DNA of 64,000 nt. Source: a virus. The notes beneath the pieces were generated by a model, which worked only from the letters and a program-made list of their open reading frames with translations, did not search any database and had not been told where the DNA came from. Numbering within the stretch: position 1 is the stretch's first letter; every line of letters begins with the position of its first letter. Where the stretch lies: positions 1 through 64,000 of the IMG/VR virus record IMGVR_UViG_2225789004_000003; one strand, written 5' to 3'. The translations under genes and the position numbers were made by a program. Positions 42,199-53,194 of the stretch are shown piece by piece.

Positions 42199-42975
42199 TT
42201 AGTTTAGTTCAATTCTGTTACCAATCATATTAGCTTTACCAGCATCTACGCCAACAAATGAATTTCCTCCCATATGTCGCATACCTGCAATCGTTGGACT
42301 CTCAACATATGCAGAATCTCCACCTGTAAATACTGAATTATTCGTAGCAGATACTGTAGCATTTGTAGAAGCATTAATTGTAGTTTCTTTACCAGAATTA
42401 CTATGAATAAATTCTTGTGCGTTCATAGTAATTGTTTTACCTTCAATTAATATATTTCTTTTACCTGATATAGTTATATCACCTATATCCCACAAACAAA
42501 CAAAACTACCACCATAATAAAGTTTTAAAATTTTATCAACATCATCCCAAAAAACTGTAGCACCATTAGGAGATCTAAATATAACTCCTGATTCTGTATA
42601 ATGATTTTGATTATCCTTCATCGTTTCAAGTTCTTTGGCAGGCGTAGTTATTTTACCAAATAATTTACCTTCACTAGCACCAATACCATAACTTCCGCCA
42701 ATATACATGTATTTAGGTTCTGTATCATCTGACTCTTGAATTAAAACATTTACTACAGATCCAAGAGGAGGGATATTTAAATTACCAGCATTATATCCAG
42801 CATAAGAATGAACATTAGGCTGAAACCATGGTAATACATCAGTATCTAATGTAAAATCAGATCCATCTACTCCATGAAGTTCTGGAATACGTATTTTACA
42901 TCTACCTATTTTAGAAGGATCTTGATTATCTTCAACAATACCTTCATACCAAGAGAGTTGTCCTTGTTTAGCCAT
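42199..42975 (-). CDS. Baseplate central spike protein (gpV / gp5 OB-fold N-domain type)
   Basis: YEGIVEDNQDPSKIGRCKIRIPELHG...LPWFQP...IPPLGSVVNVLIQESD...PKYMYIGG fits the phage baseplate assembly V pattern. Confidence 0.7.
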   Translation of the reverse strand: MAKQGQLSWYEGIVEDNQDPSKIGRCKIRIPELHGVDGSDFTLDTDVLPWFQPNVHSYAGYNAGNLNIPPLGSVVNVLIQESDDTEPKYMYIGGSYGIGASEGKLFGKITTPAKELETMKDNQNHYTESGVIFRSPNGATVFWDDVDKILKLYYGGSFVCLWDIGDITISGKRNILIEGKTITMNAQEFIHSNSGKETTINASTNATVSATNNSVFTGGDSAYVESPTIAGMRHMGGNSFVGVDAGKANMIGNRIELN

Positions 42976-43711
42976 TCATTCCACCTGCTTCACCGTTGTT
43001 TCCATGCCATGTTACATATCTTGTCATTCCACCAATAACTTCTTGAGCTGACCAAGCAATGTCAACTACTTCTTGACATTGAAATGTTACATTAGCAACC
43101 ATAAACTGTTGAAAGTCAATAGGTCTATCATATGTAAAAGTAACTGAAGCATATCCTTTTAATTTAATACTGTCACCAATACAAATATAAACTCTAGGAG
43201 TAACTACGCCATGATCAGTATAAATAGGATAGTTTAATGCTTTTAATTTTAATAGTAGCTCATCAAACTCTTTAGCAATCTCTTTTACTTTTTTACGATA
43301 AGATTCTGCGAAAGCACCTGCTGGCGTTCTTAATACAGTTACTACACCATCAGTTGTTTGAGGAGTATTCTCCATAACGCCAGTATCTGGATTATATTGA
43401 GCTCCACCTAATCCAGGTTGGTTAGTATTAGCATTTTCTAAATTATTAACATCATATTCTGAAGTAGATACTTTAGATGGAATTAAACTACCTATAATAT
43501 CTCTATGAAGTGTAAAACCAAAGTTTATAGAACGTGCTGACCCACCAGTATAAGTAGATCCAGGACTTGAACGTCCTGGTATACTTACATCTGAAAATAT
43601 AGGAGTTGATGGACTCTCTGAAATAGGCTGATTAGGCATAACTCCATCAAGTGATATAACCCTTGATTCATCACTAGCAGGTAGAGCTAAGTTAACTATT
43701 GTTATTCGCAT
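42968..43711 (-). CDS. Baseplate/tail structural protein, unassigned
   Basis: Overlaps the spike gene start. Beta-rich. Confidence 0.45.
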   Translation of the reverse strand: MRITIVNLALPASDESRVISLDGVMPNQPISESPSTPIFSDVSIPGRSSPGSTYTGGSARSINFGFTLHRDIIGSLIPSKVSTSEYDVNNLENANTNQPGLGGAQYNPDTGVMENTPQTTDGVVTVLRTPAGAFAESYRKKVKEIAKEFDELLLKLKALNYPIYTDHGVVTPRVYICIGDSIKLKGYASVTFTYDRPIDFQQFMVANVTFQCQEVVDIAWSAQEVIGGMTRYVTWHGNNGEAGGMNG

Positions 43712-43733
43712 TTATAGCTCTCCTTTCAATGAA

Positions 43734-44324
43734 TTATAAATTTGAAAGTAATAAATAATCAACTGACTGTTTTCTTATTTTTTCAATACATAGATTAGCT
43801 AAATCTTCATGATTGATTTTAGAGTCAAAATCAAGCTCATGTGACTTAGCAAATTTCTTTAAATTTCTAATATTTATTGATTCAGTTAAAAATTGTTTTA
43901 AATCTTCATCTGTTATTTCTTCAGTTTTAGTTTCCTCAATAGGATTTTTTGCTTCAACATCTTTGCCAGTTACATCTATATGATCTTTAAATTCAATATC
44001 TGTGTCTTTAGTATCATCAATTTTTATTTCTTCTTTAGGTTCTACTATTTCTAGAACTTCTACAGTTTCAGGTATTATTTCTTCTACTTCTTCAGGCTTT
44101 TCATCCTTAATAGGTTCATCATCAGTTCCTTCACTAAATAATTTAATACCAAATTCTTCAAATTGTTTATAATAATTAAAAGCATTTTCAGTAAGAGCAT
44201 CTTTTTCAGGATTTAATGCTATAGGATTTTTTTTATCAATCCAAACTCTTGTCATATGACCAAGAATTGGAATATACATACCGCCTTGACCATAACCAGT
44301 ATATTTAAGTGTATATTTCTTCAT
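43734..44324 (-). CDS. Structural-module protein with an acidic linker and a C-terminal HeH/SAP-like motif
   Basis: Start moved to ATG 44324 (MKKYTLKY). C-terminal LKKFAKSHELDFDSKINHEDLANLCIEKI. Confidence 0.4.
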   Translation of the reverse strand: MKKYTLKYTGYGQGGMYIPILGHMTRVWIDKKNPIALNPEKDALTENAFNYYKQFEEFGIKLFSEGTDDEPIKDEKPEEVEEIIPETVEVLEIVEPKEEIKIDDTKDTDIEFKDHIDVTGKDVEAKNPIEETKTEEITDEDLKQFLTESINIRNLKKFAKSHELDFDSKINHEDLANLCIEKIRKQSVDYLLLSNL

Positions 44325-44352
44325 AAGTAACCGCCTTTTTAAATTATTTATT

Positions 44353-44847
44353 TTATGCATCAAAATTAATTTGAGATTCTATGTCTTTAATACTTCTTCT
44401 AGGTGAAGTTAATTCAGATTGATTAAGTCTAACATTATCATTTAAAAATTTATAAAGGATAATAAAACCCTGATCAGTTTCGTTAAATTGATCCAATGCC
44501 AATACTATTTGACTATAGAAATCACCTATTTTATTTTGTAGTTTATTTAGATCAGTAAATGCTGAATCTCCTGTTTTAAATTGGTATTTGTCATTAGTAG
44601 CTTTTAATGTTCCAACTTCAGTAAATACAGGATTTTTATTTAATCCAGTTCTACTATCAACACCAGAAGAACTATCTAAATCAAATTCTTGTATTTTAAT
44701 AGTAACAGGTCTTTTCTTAGCTTTTTTCATGATGAAATCAATATCATCATAACTAAACTTTTTAGTAGTTATGAATTCATAATTTTTCTTAGAATTATCA
44801 TCATCAACTACCAAATCAAATTCATTATCTTCATTTAATAACTTCAT
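44353..44847 (-). CDS. Hypothetical structural-module protein (MKLLNED N-terminus)
   Basis: Start moved to ATG 44847 behind AGGAG. Confidence 0.5.
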   Translation of the reverse strand: MKLLNEDNEFDLVVDDDNSKKNYEFITTKKFSYDDIDFIMKKAKKRPVTIKIQEFDLDSSSGVDSRTGLNKNPVFTEVGTLKATNDKYQFKTGDSAFTDLNKLQNKIGDFYSQIVLALDQFNETDQGFIILYKFLNDNVRLNQSELTSPRRSIKDIESQINFDA

Positions 44848-44872
44848 TGTATATCTCCTTCTAAAATTTTTT

Positions 44873-46669
44873 TTAAAATTCATATTCTGTCCAAGAATAA
44901 CCTGCGGCATCTGTTACTAATGCCCCAGTATCTGTTATTGGCAAATCATATTCAAAGTCTAAATCATCATATACTATTTCAGAAGCTGATCTAGATCCAA
45001 CTAGTGTTCTTGACTCTGATGAAGTATTTCTGTATTTAATACAATATGTTTTGTGATAAAATATATTATCATTTAATACTAAAAAATCATATCCTAAATC
45101 ATGATAAAAAGACAGAACATCATCAACGTTTGCCGAATCTTCTAATTTTTGAATAATTATAGCTTTATCAGTAACACTAGCTTGATCTTCTAAAAAGTGA
45201 TGTGCTTCTATAAATATTTCATCAACTATTTCAAAAGGTTCATCTTCCAAAGCTAATTTCTTAAAATTAAATAGTAATTGTAATCTACCTAATAACGGAA
45301 GTTCCGTTGCTCCAAGTTGTAAACCTTCAAAGTTAATTAATTCAGCAAATTCAATTGAAGGATCTGCTTTAATAATTAATGTAGTTACAAAATCTTTTGA
45401 TATGTAACTTCCATAATCAATATTGCCAACGGCTAAATAACGCCTTACTGCTACTAAAACATTATTGTAAACATTTAATAAGTCCGATTGCCTTGTATAT
45501 GTTGAATGAAGTCCTACAGTTAAATCAATTGGAACATATAATGGATTCATTAATATTAAAGTATTTTCTTCTTCATCAAGTCCATTGTATATTAAATGAT
45601 CATATAAATTTTGTTTACTAAAATCATGGCAATAAAAACCTTCAGTAGGTGCTACAACCATTTTAGTTAAATAAGGTGTTTGAATATATAATCTTCTATC
45701 TAATCTATCTTTAGATTGAATATCATAAGCTCTTGCAATTGAAATACCTTTATAATAGTTAGCTAATGAAATATAGTCATCTGTAGTAATAGCATGATTA
45801 TATGTTGTCCATAATTTAGTTAACTGTCTATAGATAGAATTTTCATTATACTTAGGTTCAGCAATTTGATAATCTGTAGTTATGTAATATTTAAAATTAT
45901 CTTTTACATCAGACTCTTGTAAATATGGTATTTTATCAATAATCTGTATATCTGTAGAATCATGAACAAAGTTTTGAACGTTTTCAGATTCTATATATTT
46001 TACATATATTTCAGAATTAATTGCTATTTGTTCATTGATGTTTAATGGAAATACTAAATTAAAATCTCCGAACATATCAACTTCTACAGAATATAATTTT
46101 GTGCCTTTTGAATAATTAATATTATCAACTTGAGTATATAATTCACCGTCTATCTCAAGATAAACATAATCTAAAGCTACTCTATTAGAATTTAATCTTA
46201 ATTTGTTATTATATATTAAACTTGAAGATAATACTTCTTCTTTTAATGTACCTTCAATTAATTCAATATTAACATATGAATTTGATGGTTCTAATATATA
46301 ATCATCAAAAATAGTAAACCAAACACTATCTACTGTAAATCTAGTTCCTTGTGGAATAACTAAAGGTTCTTCAATTATATCACCTTTCCATTCAACTGTA
46401 TAATTAACTACTGATGGCGATATAGGTTTAGGAAGTCTATTAAACAATTCCAATAAATGATACTTAGATCTTGTATCTAATTCAACATTCTGAATAAATT
46501 TATTATTGAGCCATTTATCAGAATAGTTATTACTAGAATTGGTTAACATAGCTATTAGATTTAATAAAATAACAGTTGGATCATCATCTTGATAAATGGT
46601 AAAACTAGGAATATATGATCTAGCTAATTCTAATAATTCGTTATGGAGTTCTTCAATTGATTTAGCCAT
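44873..46669 (-). CDS. Baseplate J-like wedge protein, paralog 2
   Basis: N- and C-terminal patterns parallel ORF 47294..49258 (..DDDPTVILLNLIAML.. and ..ADPSIEFAELINFEGLQLGATELP..). Confidence 0.45.
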   Translation of the reverse strand: MAKSIEELHNELLELARSYIPSFTIYQDDDPTVILLNLIAMLTNSSNNYSDKWLNNKFIQNVELDTRSKYHLLELFNRLPKPISPSVVNYTVEWKGDIIEEPLVIPQGTRFTVDSVWFTIFDDYILEPSNSYVNIELIEGTLKEEVLSSSLIYNNKLRLNSNRVALDYVYLEIDGELYTQVDNINYSKGTKLYSVEVDMFGDFNLVFPLNINEQIAINSEIYVKYIESENVQNFVHDSTDIQIIDKIPYLQESDVKDNFKYYITTDYQIAEPKYNENSIYRQLTKLWTTYNHAITTDDYISLANYYKGISIARAYDIQSKDRLDRRLYIQTPYLTKMVVAPTEGFYCHDFSKQNLYDHLIYNGLDEEENTLILMNPLYVPIDLTVGLHSTYTRQSDLLNVYNNVLVAVRRYLAVGNIDYGSYISKDFVTTLIIKADPSIEFAELINFEGLQLGATELPLLGRLQLLFNFKKLALEDEPFEIVDEIFIEAHHFLEDQASVTDKAIIIQKLEDSANVDDVLSFYHDLGYDFLVLNDNIFYHKTYCIKYRNTSSESRTLVGSRSASEIVYDDLDFEYDLPITDTGALVTDAAGYSWTEYEF

Positions 46670-47290
46670 TTATTCCCCTTCACCATTAAAGTAAAATTTT
46701 AATCCAGTTCTTCTTATTTTATCAAACAATAAATACTTTGCAAACTCTTTTGAAGTAATCCTAGTATTTATTATATCATAATACCCTATATCTATTTTAA
46801 TTACTTCTGTATCATCTGCAAAGTCACCATTATACATATCAGCTTCAGATCTATCAATTATCCTACAAATATCTTTAATAGCTTGTATAGTTCCACGTCT
46901 TTTAAGTATGTAAGCATAATATTTAACTAATAGTCTTAATTTATCAATATTATAATCTAATGGATAATTAATATTATAAAGTGTCGCTAACTTATAAATG
47001 ACATCATTAGAGCATTGATTAAAGTCATATGCTGTTAATATTGAATTAGATATACCATCAACACTTGTTAAAACATTTGATAATAGAATTGGAAATACAG
47101 AATATTGTTTATCCTCAATAAATACATCAGGATAATACTGCATAGCAGTTTCTCTTATTCTATAATCATATAATTCAGATATTGACTCCTCTGCAGTAAT
47201 AGAATCTTCACAACCTATATAATCAGGAGTTAACAATTCAATATCTTCACCACTGTAAGTATTAAATTTATAGATTCCAGGTATTGCCAC
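46670..47290 (-). CDS. Baseplate protein, P2 gpI-like
   Basis: CSNDVIYKLATLYNINYPLDYNIDKLRLLVKYYAYILKRRGTIQAIKDI parallels P2 gpI CPANLLPWLAWAFSVDRWDEKW...KRAVIRDAYFIHCHKGTIGAIRRV. Confidence 0.55.
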   Translation of the reverse strand: MAIPGIYKFNTYSGEDIELLTPDYIGCEDSITAEESISELYDYRIRETAMQYYPDVFIEDKQYSVFPILLSNVLTSVDGISNSILTAYDFNQCSNDVIYKLATLYNINYPLDYNIDKLRLLVKYYAYILKRRGTIQAIKDICRIIDRSEADMYNGDFADDTEVIKIDIGYYDIINTRITSKEFAKYLLFDKIRRTGLKFYFNGEGE

Positions 47291-47293
47291 TCA

Positions 47294-49258
47294 CTAGCTC
47301 CTTACAAATTCTAATTGTATTGTTCCTATTTCGATTAATTCATTAATTCCTAATGATAAATCTTCATCAGGATTAATCATTTCAACAAAGTTAATATTGG
47401 GATCTGATTGTTCCATTACTACGATCATTGCTACTCGGTAAATAATATCATATGGATTAAAGTTAAATTTATTATATCTATTCCTTAATGCTGTTTCTAT
47501 ATTAGTTCTGACATTGTTAATATTAGTATCTAATTGAAATAGATGAACTCTTGCTACAACATTAACATATTTTATATTTAACTTATTAAATACTAAATCA
47601 TCAATGGTTCTGTCTTGTAATATAAATTGAGACATATAATTAGCTATAAAATCCTTATTTGTTTGAATTTCAGTTACTTGATTTAAAGGATCTATGCCCA
47701 ATACATAATTACCTATAGTTAATCTAACAGTTTCAGATAATAAAACAAAACCTGCTGGTATATTAATAATTCTATTTAATACCAAATCATTTGTTGTTAT
47801 TAACTCGGTAATAGTATTAACTATGCCAGAATTCTCAATATCATAAGTTAAGTAATAATCTTTATTTAATTGATAATTTAATATAAGATCAAGTCTATAA
47901 GTAAAAGGATCTATATTAATTAATTCTCCAGTATCTAATAAACCATCTAAAGGTGTATTGTTAGATGTTGAATAATTTATTTTATTTACATAGTCAAAAG
48001 ATATATTTCTTAAATCATTATCAAGATCAACTATAACATTATTGTAGTCAATATCATTTATTAGTAATGTATAATTTTGAATTACCCAGCCCTCTGGAAT
48101 AGTATTAGGATTATCACCATAAAGATAACAATAATTTTCAAGGCTTGTTAGCATTATTGTAGTCGCTTGAGGTATTGATATTCCACTATCAGGATTATAA
48201 AGTAACCATGTAACGGTAACTTCTGGATTTAATGGAATATAATTTAAAAATAATACCAAATTACCAGTATTATATTCTACAGTTCCTCTTAATAATATTT
48301 TTTTAGTTTCATATCCTAATTTAATATAATCTAAATAATCATCTTTAAATTTATTTAGATCAGCCCGTGTATTGGCAATAGTATTTACCGTATTTAAGAA
48401 ATTTAAATATTTTTCTTTTATATTATTAATAGTAAAATTAGAAACATAATCATTAGATATAGATCTAATTTCAACATTGTAATTATAATTCAATAATTCC
48501 ATTCTTGAATTATTAGCAAGCGTTGTGTCATTTCTATATAAATATCTAATAATTATATAATCATTAACTTCTTGCAATGCCTTTGGAGATAGTTTTATCT
48601 TAGTTCTTCTATCTTTATGTTGAATAACTTGAAATCCTATTTCATCTGAAAAGATTATATTCTCATCTAATTGCTGTATAGGTTCATTGTTAATTAATAC
48701 CTCTATAAGAGTCCTATTAATATCATTACCATAAATAATATATTCACCATTTAATATTTCCGATTTTTTTACTTCAGAATAGTTTGGAATACCTCTTATA
48801 AATGATATTCGTCCTTTAGCTTTAGCATTAATTACATAATTATCAATTACTGTAAATAACTCATTGCTATAATTATGTAATCTAACTATATCCCACTTTT
48901 TAACTGTAATATTAATATTTTCATTATTACTAACATTAGCATTAATAATTAGTGAATCATAATCATGTAGTTCTTCGCCAATTAGCTTATAAATATCACT
49001 CATTACTTCTAATGAATCTGTATTAAAAAGTGTAGAGTTAATATATTTATAATCTAGTTTATAATTGATTATATCAAATAAATGTGCTATATAAGCTAGT
49101 GTAAGAGTATCTGGTTCTGATGTTGTTATATCAGTCCATTTCGTAGTTAAGTATTGTAATTTTGTTACAAACCACTTAACTATTGATTGATAATCTCTAA
49201 CTAAGTTACTATTCAAATCTGAAATATTAAGGTTACTTGTATTACTTATATTACTCAA
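47294..49258 (-). CDS. Baseplate J / T4 gp6-like wedge protein
   Basis: Follows the gp25-like gene at about the size of gp6. C-terminal ..SDPNINFVEMINPDEDLSLGINELIE.. is J-like. Confidence 0.5.
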   Translation of the reverse strand: MSNISNTSNLNISDLNSNLVRDYQSIVKWFVTKLQYLTTKWTDITTSEPDTLTLAYIAHLFDIINYKLDYKYINSTLFNTDSLEVMSDIYKLIGEELHDYDSLIINANVSNNENINITVKKWDIVRLHNYSNELFTVIDNYVINAKAKGRISFIRGIPNYSEVKKSEILNGEYIIYGNDINRTLIEVLINNEPIQQLDENIIFSDEIGFQVIQHKDRRTKIKLSPKALQEVNDYIIIRYLYRNDTTLANNSRMELLNYNYNVEIRSISNDYVSNFTINNIKEKYLNFLNTVNTIANTRADLNKFKDDYLDYIKLGYETKKILLRGTVEYNTGNLVLFLNYIPLNPEVTVTWLLYNPDSGISIPQATTIMLTSLENYCYLYGDNPNTIPEGWVIQNYTLLINDIDYNNVIVDLDNDLRNISFDYVNKINYSTSNNTPLDGLLDTGELINIDPFTYRLDLILNYQLNKDYYLTYDIENSGIVNTITELITTNDLVLNRIINIPAGFVLLSETVRLTIGNYVLGIDPLNQVTEIQTNKDFIANYMSQFILQDRTIDDLVFNKLNIKYVNVVARVHLFQLDTNINNVRTNIETALRNRYNKFNFNPYDIIYRVAMIVVMEQSDPNINFVEMINPDEDLSLGINELIEIGTIQLEFVRS

Positions 49259-49928
49259 TTAAATCACTATTACTTTCTTTACGGAATAAATAACGAGATC
49301 TTATATTTGTATTTTTAATAACATACTCTACAGTAGAATCAATAGAATTAAATAAATAATTAGGAATAGATTCTACTGATAGTAGTCTTATTCTAGGTTC
49401 TTGTTCTGTTAATGAAGATTCAATTTCTAATCTAACAAGATCAGCTTGCTCTAAATCAACATAAGTAAATAACATTTTAGGGAGTTCACTACCGAATGAA
49501 GGTATCATTGGCATTTCACCTTTAGCTGTCGATAGTATTAAATAGATAGATTGATTTATTCTATCAACATCTGAAACTATATTAGAAGATCCTGATATTT
49601 CTGATATTAATTGAAAGAAAGATAATCCCCTTCCAATTAGTGATAAATTAGAAATAGAAGTATCGGTTACTTCTCTATAATCTAATCTAACTCTTAATAC
49701 ATTTGATTCATAGCTATTACCATTTACATCAGTAACAATACATCTAATATATTTATCACCGTATCTAACAATATATCTATTAGATGTTTCAGATAATATA
49801 GTTATATATGTGCCATCAATTGTATATGACTTTTGCCAAGTATAAGTTAAATTAGGCAACAATGGTGTAACTGTTGCAGTTAATGTATTTCCTATTCGTG
49901 CTAATCCTGAAATTATTACTTTTAACAT
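49251..49928 (-). CDS. Baseplate wedge protein gp25/gpW family with an N-terminal Ig-like extension
   Basis: INQSIYLILSTAKGEMPMIPSFGSELPKMLF...LEIESSLTEQEPRIRLLSVE is the GPW/gp25 signature. Confidence 0.8.
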   Translation of the reverse strand: MLKVIISGLARIGNTLTATVTPLLPNLTYTWQKSYTIDGTYITILSETSNRYIVRYGDKYIRCIVTDVNGNSYESNVLRVRLDYREVTDTSISNLSLIGRGLSFFQLISEISGSSNIVSDVDRINQSIYLILSTAKGEMPMIPSFGSELPKMLFTYVDLEQADLVRLEIESSLTEQEPRIRLLSVESIPNYLFNSIDSTVEYVIKNTNIRSRYLFRKESNSDLIE

Positions 49929-50158
49929 TAAATTGTATATTTTTTAATAATATTGCCAGTATCTAAATCAATAAAACTTGATAATACATTACCATAACCA
50001 ACAATTTTACCATTAAGGTTACGTGTTATATTATCATTCCTATCCCACATAGCAATTAAATTATTATTTTTATCCTTTAAAGATTGTCCTTTACCTGAAT
50101 AATAAATATATCCTATTATTTTATTGTTTTTATTTTTTAAAATATCATAAATTTTCAT
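49928..50158 (-). CDS. Small repeat protein (76 aa), first gene after late motif copy 2
   Basis: Three roughly 20-aa repeats (KNNKIIGY.., KNNNLIAMW.., NGKIVGYG..). Confidence 0.5.
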   Translation of the reverse strand: MKIYDILKNKNNKIIGYIYYSGKGQSLKDKNNNLIAMWDRNDNITRNLNGKIVGYGNVLSSFIDLDTGNIIKKYTI

Positions 50159-50181
50159 AGGAATTAAACCTTATTTAAAAA

Positions 50182-50205
50182 TTTTTCTATCTATAATTAT
50201 AAACG
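50182..50205 (-). promoter_or_regulatory. Late-promoter-like motif, copy 2
   Basis: Identical 24-mer, 23 nt upstream of ATG 50158. Confidence 0.55.
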
Positions 50206-50271
50206 ATTAAAATTGTTTTACAATAAACTTTCACGGTAATAACCACCACCTACAGGAGTAGAACTAGGTGT

Positions 50272-51819
50272 TTATGGTGTAAAGCTACCAGGTTTTTTAT
50301 CCCTATCGTTTAATGAAGGATTTTGAGATCCCTGTGGAACTGGAGAATTCTGCGGATTAGTTGCATTAGGAGGATTAGCTAAAGTAGCTTCACTATATCT
50401 GACAGTTGATTTACTTAATTTATCAATATCAACACTATTAGGAATTTTAATAACTTCTAATGATGATGTAAACATATTACTTGCACTAATAGAATCTATT
50501 ATTGAACTAATATAATATGTTCCACCAGTTGGGTGCATTATTGCATCTGACTTTGAGTCTTGAATAAAATACATTGGAATAATATTAATTGTATCATAAG
50601 GGCTTAATTCAGGATCACCAAGAGTTGTCAAAGTTCCATTAATACATTCGGTTAATCCCCATGTATAATCATTTATATTATTTTTTAAATGAGATTCAGC
50701 AATTTTTGACATATCATCAAATGAAGCATTTGATACAGGATTTCTTGTTGTAACTGGTTGTTGTGTTGTACCAACGCCAGATAATGTGTCTTTGTCTTCT
50801 TTAGCTTTAAAATCAGAGTCTATTTTAATTAACTCCTTAGTATCATTAGATATAACACCATAAACATTTTTAAAAGCATTTTTATCAGTTCTATCTTTAT
50901 AAGCCAATTCTGGAAAACCTCTTGTTAAGTCCAGTATTGGATTCCAACTAATAACTTTTGAATTAGGTAAATAATTCATTGAAAAGTTGTAATTTTTAGC
51001 AGATTTATAATTGACTTTATTCTTTAAATTACGGCTAGGAACATAATAAAACATTGGTTCACTAATACTAGAATTTATACCAAGGTTACTCGATACAGGA
51101 GATCCTGTCTTACCATGTGGATCTATAAAAGCAATTACAAAATCAGATTCACCTTTATCTGTTACAGCTTTATCAAGACAATACTTTTTAATATAATCGA
51201 TAGGTGAAATAGTTACATCTCTAAATACAATAGGTTCTGTAAATTTAGTAGTTTCTTCTATTTTACCAACATTCCAACCTTGATTGTAAGCAATAGTTTT
51301 AACTATATCAGAATAACTATAAAATTTTGTTCTTTTAATAACATCCTTAGTAACTGCTGTATAAGTTTTATATACTTCATCTCCACCAGTTCCAATAAAA
51401 TTTAGTGTAACTGAATAATAATCTGCCAATGATAACCCCATTACTTGTAATTGATAAACTGGTGAAGATATTTCTGTACCAGCATAACCATATCTTAAAT
51501 TAAATTTAACTACATTATTATATTTAGATAATAATTTAACAATTCTATCAGCAATATTAATGGTTTTATTAGCAGAAGTTCTAAATACAGAAGATGCTAA
51601 AGTTACCGATCCTTCTACAGGATTAGCAACGTCAAAATCAGTTTTATGAGCTACTTTTCTAGTCATAGTAAATGATTTTAATATTTTAGGTTCTCTTTCA
51701 CCTTCTGATAAATAAAAGTTTCCCCATTCTTCACCGTCAACAAACATAGATACGTATGGTGAATACATATTAGGTATTTTACTAACTTCGTGAAATGACT
51801 GTGTAAAATTATTAGCCAT
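50272..51819 (-). CDS. Baseplate hub protein candidate (gpD / gp27-like position)
   Basis: Position between the gpX-like and gp25-like genes, and its size. Segment YSDIVKTIAYNQGWNVGKIEETT is reminiscent of gpD. Confidence 0.35.
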   Translation of the reverse strand: MANNFTQSFHEVSKIPNMYSPYVSMFVDGEEWGNFYLSEGEREPKILKSFTMTRKVAHKTDFDVANPVEGSVTLASSVFRTSANKTINIADRIVKLLSKYNNVVKFNLRYGYAGTEISSPVYQLQVMGLSLADYYSVTLNFIGTGGDEVYKTYTAVTKDVIKRTKFYSYSDIVKTIAYNQGWNVGKIEETTKFTEPIVFRDVTISPIDYIKKYCLDKAVTDKGESDFVIAFIDPHGKTGSPVSSNLGINSSISEPMFYYVPSRNLKNKVNYKSAKNYNFSMNYLPNSKVISWNPILDLTRGFPELAYKDRTDKNAFKNVYGVISNDTKELIKIDSDFKAKEDKDTLSGVGTTQQPVTTRNPVSNASFDDMSKIAESHLKNNINDYTWGLTECINGTLTTLGDPELSPYDTINIIPMYFIQDSKSDAIMHPTGGTYYISSIIDSISASNMFTSSLEVIKIPNSVDIDKLSKSTVRYSEATLANPPNATNPQNSPVPQGSQNPSLNDRDKKPGSFTP

Positions 51820-51822
51820 ATA

Positions 51823-52329
51823 TTATAAACTCGTTTCTAGTAATTCTTCATCAACAATATCTTCAATGATATTATCAATAAAATCTTCTCTCTCATTAGA
51901 GCTTATTAGTTTAATGCCTTGTGCTACTTTTTCCATATCATCAAAAGTTCTTCGACTATAACTGTTTAATCTATTTTTATCAGTATTATCATGTAAATAT
52001 TCAAGTTGACTTTTAAATGAAGAATCTGAATAATCTTTATTATTAAATTTTTGCAATTCAGAATTATCATATAATTCGCTTAGTATAATAACTTTTTCAG
52101 AATTTTGTAATTTAATTCTATCATCTATGTATAATTGAATTTCATAATCACTTAGGTCAAAACCAGAAACTCTATTATTTTTATCAGAATAAACTGTAAT
52201 ATTAAATTCACGAGGAGGATCGTCATCACCAGATCTTATAATAGATCCTTTTGTTTCCATTTCTCTTATATCATTATCAGCTTCAAGAAGTTTACGTTCA
52301 ACTAATACATATTCATTTATCAATTTCAT
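51823..52329 (-). CDS. Hypothetical acidic protein (MKLINE N-terminus)
   Basis: ORF behind AAGGAG. Confidence 0.5.
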   Translation of the reverse strand: MKLINEYVLVERKLLEADNDIREMETKGSIIRSGDDDPPREFNITVYSDKNNRVSGFDLSDYEIQLYIDDRIKLQNSEKVIILSELYDNSELQKFNNKDYSDSSFKSQLEYLHDNTDKNRLNSYSRRTFDDMEKVAQGIKLISSNEREDFIDNIIEDIVDEELLETSL

Positions 52330-52340
52330 TTTATTTCTCC

Positions 52341-52688
52341 TTATTTCAAGATACCATTCATTATCATTGACTCTAAATTAGGAAGTTTTATTACAGAATT
52401 AATAGCTACATTTAATGGATTCGGTATAGCATTAAACTGTGATACTATCCACCAATATTTTGATTGTCCATATTTCTCCCAAGCTACTGTATCTAATCTA
52501 TTATTATAAATAGCATTAATAACTAAATTAGATGAAACATCTAACATATTTTTATCATAATTCAATTTGTATGGAATATCAAACATTAACTTATTAAAAT
52601 AAAAAGTAATATTTTGGTGCATATTATACCGTGAATTTACTCCTAAAAAATCCAATGATTGAACTTTTGTTCCAAGTAAATTTGACAT
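52341..52688 (-). CDS. Tail protein X-like (LysM-like) protein
   Basis: DTVAWEKYGQSKYWWIVSQFNAIPNPLNVAINSVIKLPN resembles the gpX/LysM pattern. Confidence 0.4.
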   Translation of the reverse strand: MSNLLGTKVQSLDFLGVNSRYNMHQNITFYFNKLMFDIPYKLNYDKNMLDVSSNLVINAIYNNRLDTVAWEKYGQSKYWWIVSQFNAIPNPLNVAINSVIKLPNLESMIMNGILK

Positions 52689-53095
52689 TATGTTTTAAAT
52701 AGTTCCTTCCTTTTATCACTTGTAAATATACTATCATGCCTTGCAAAAGATACATCTGAAACATTAGTCATCCCTGTTGCATCTTCCTCTAACTCAATAT
52801 CTTCACTTTCGGCATTAACCATCACCTGCTCTAATGCCTTATCAGCTTCTTCTATAATACTTTGAACAATTCTTACTCTATAGTCATGATCACTTTCATT
52901 AGGATTTTTATTATTGTCATTAAATTCATATTTACCTTCTAGTAATTCAAAATAAATATTATAAAAATGATCATAAATATCTTGTTGTTCTTTATTAAAT
53001 TCTATATATGTTTTTAATTTACCAAATTCATATATAATACTCGCTAAATCTTTTAATTGTGAAGATAATTCACCAATTGCTTCTAATAGTTTCAT
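52688..53095 (-). CDS. Hypothetical acidic helical protein (MKLLEA N-terminus)
   Basis: Shares its initiation region with gene 39697..39963. Confidence 0.5.
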   Translation of the reverse strand: MKLLEAIGELSSQLKDLASIIYEFGKLKTYIEFNKEQQDIYDHFYNIYFELLEGKYEFNDNNKNPNESDHDYRVRIVQSIIEEADKALEQVMVNAESEDIELEEDATGMTNVSDVSFARHDSIFTSDKRKELFKT

Positions 53096-53194
53096 TTTAA
53101 TTTCCTTTCAATATTGAATTTTATTCAAGTTCTATGCCTTTTTAGCCATTGTGAGATCAGCTAAAATTGAATAAAACTTGAATATTTTTCAATT

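Noticed and set aside
53096-53194. Several small hairpins (TTGAAT/ATTCAA, TTTTAGC/GCTAAAA) between the tape-measure-like gene and the next gene, as a terminator or regulatory element.
   Set aside because: No U-run follows the strongest stem, and the late 24-mer motif is absent. The evidence is too weak for a specific call.
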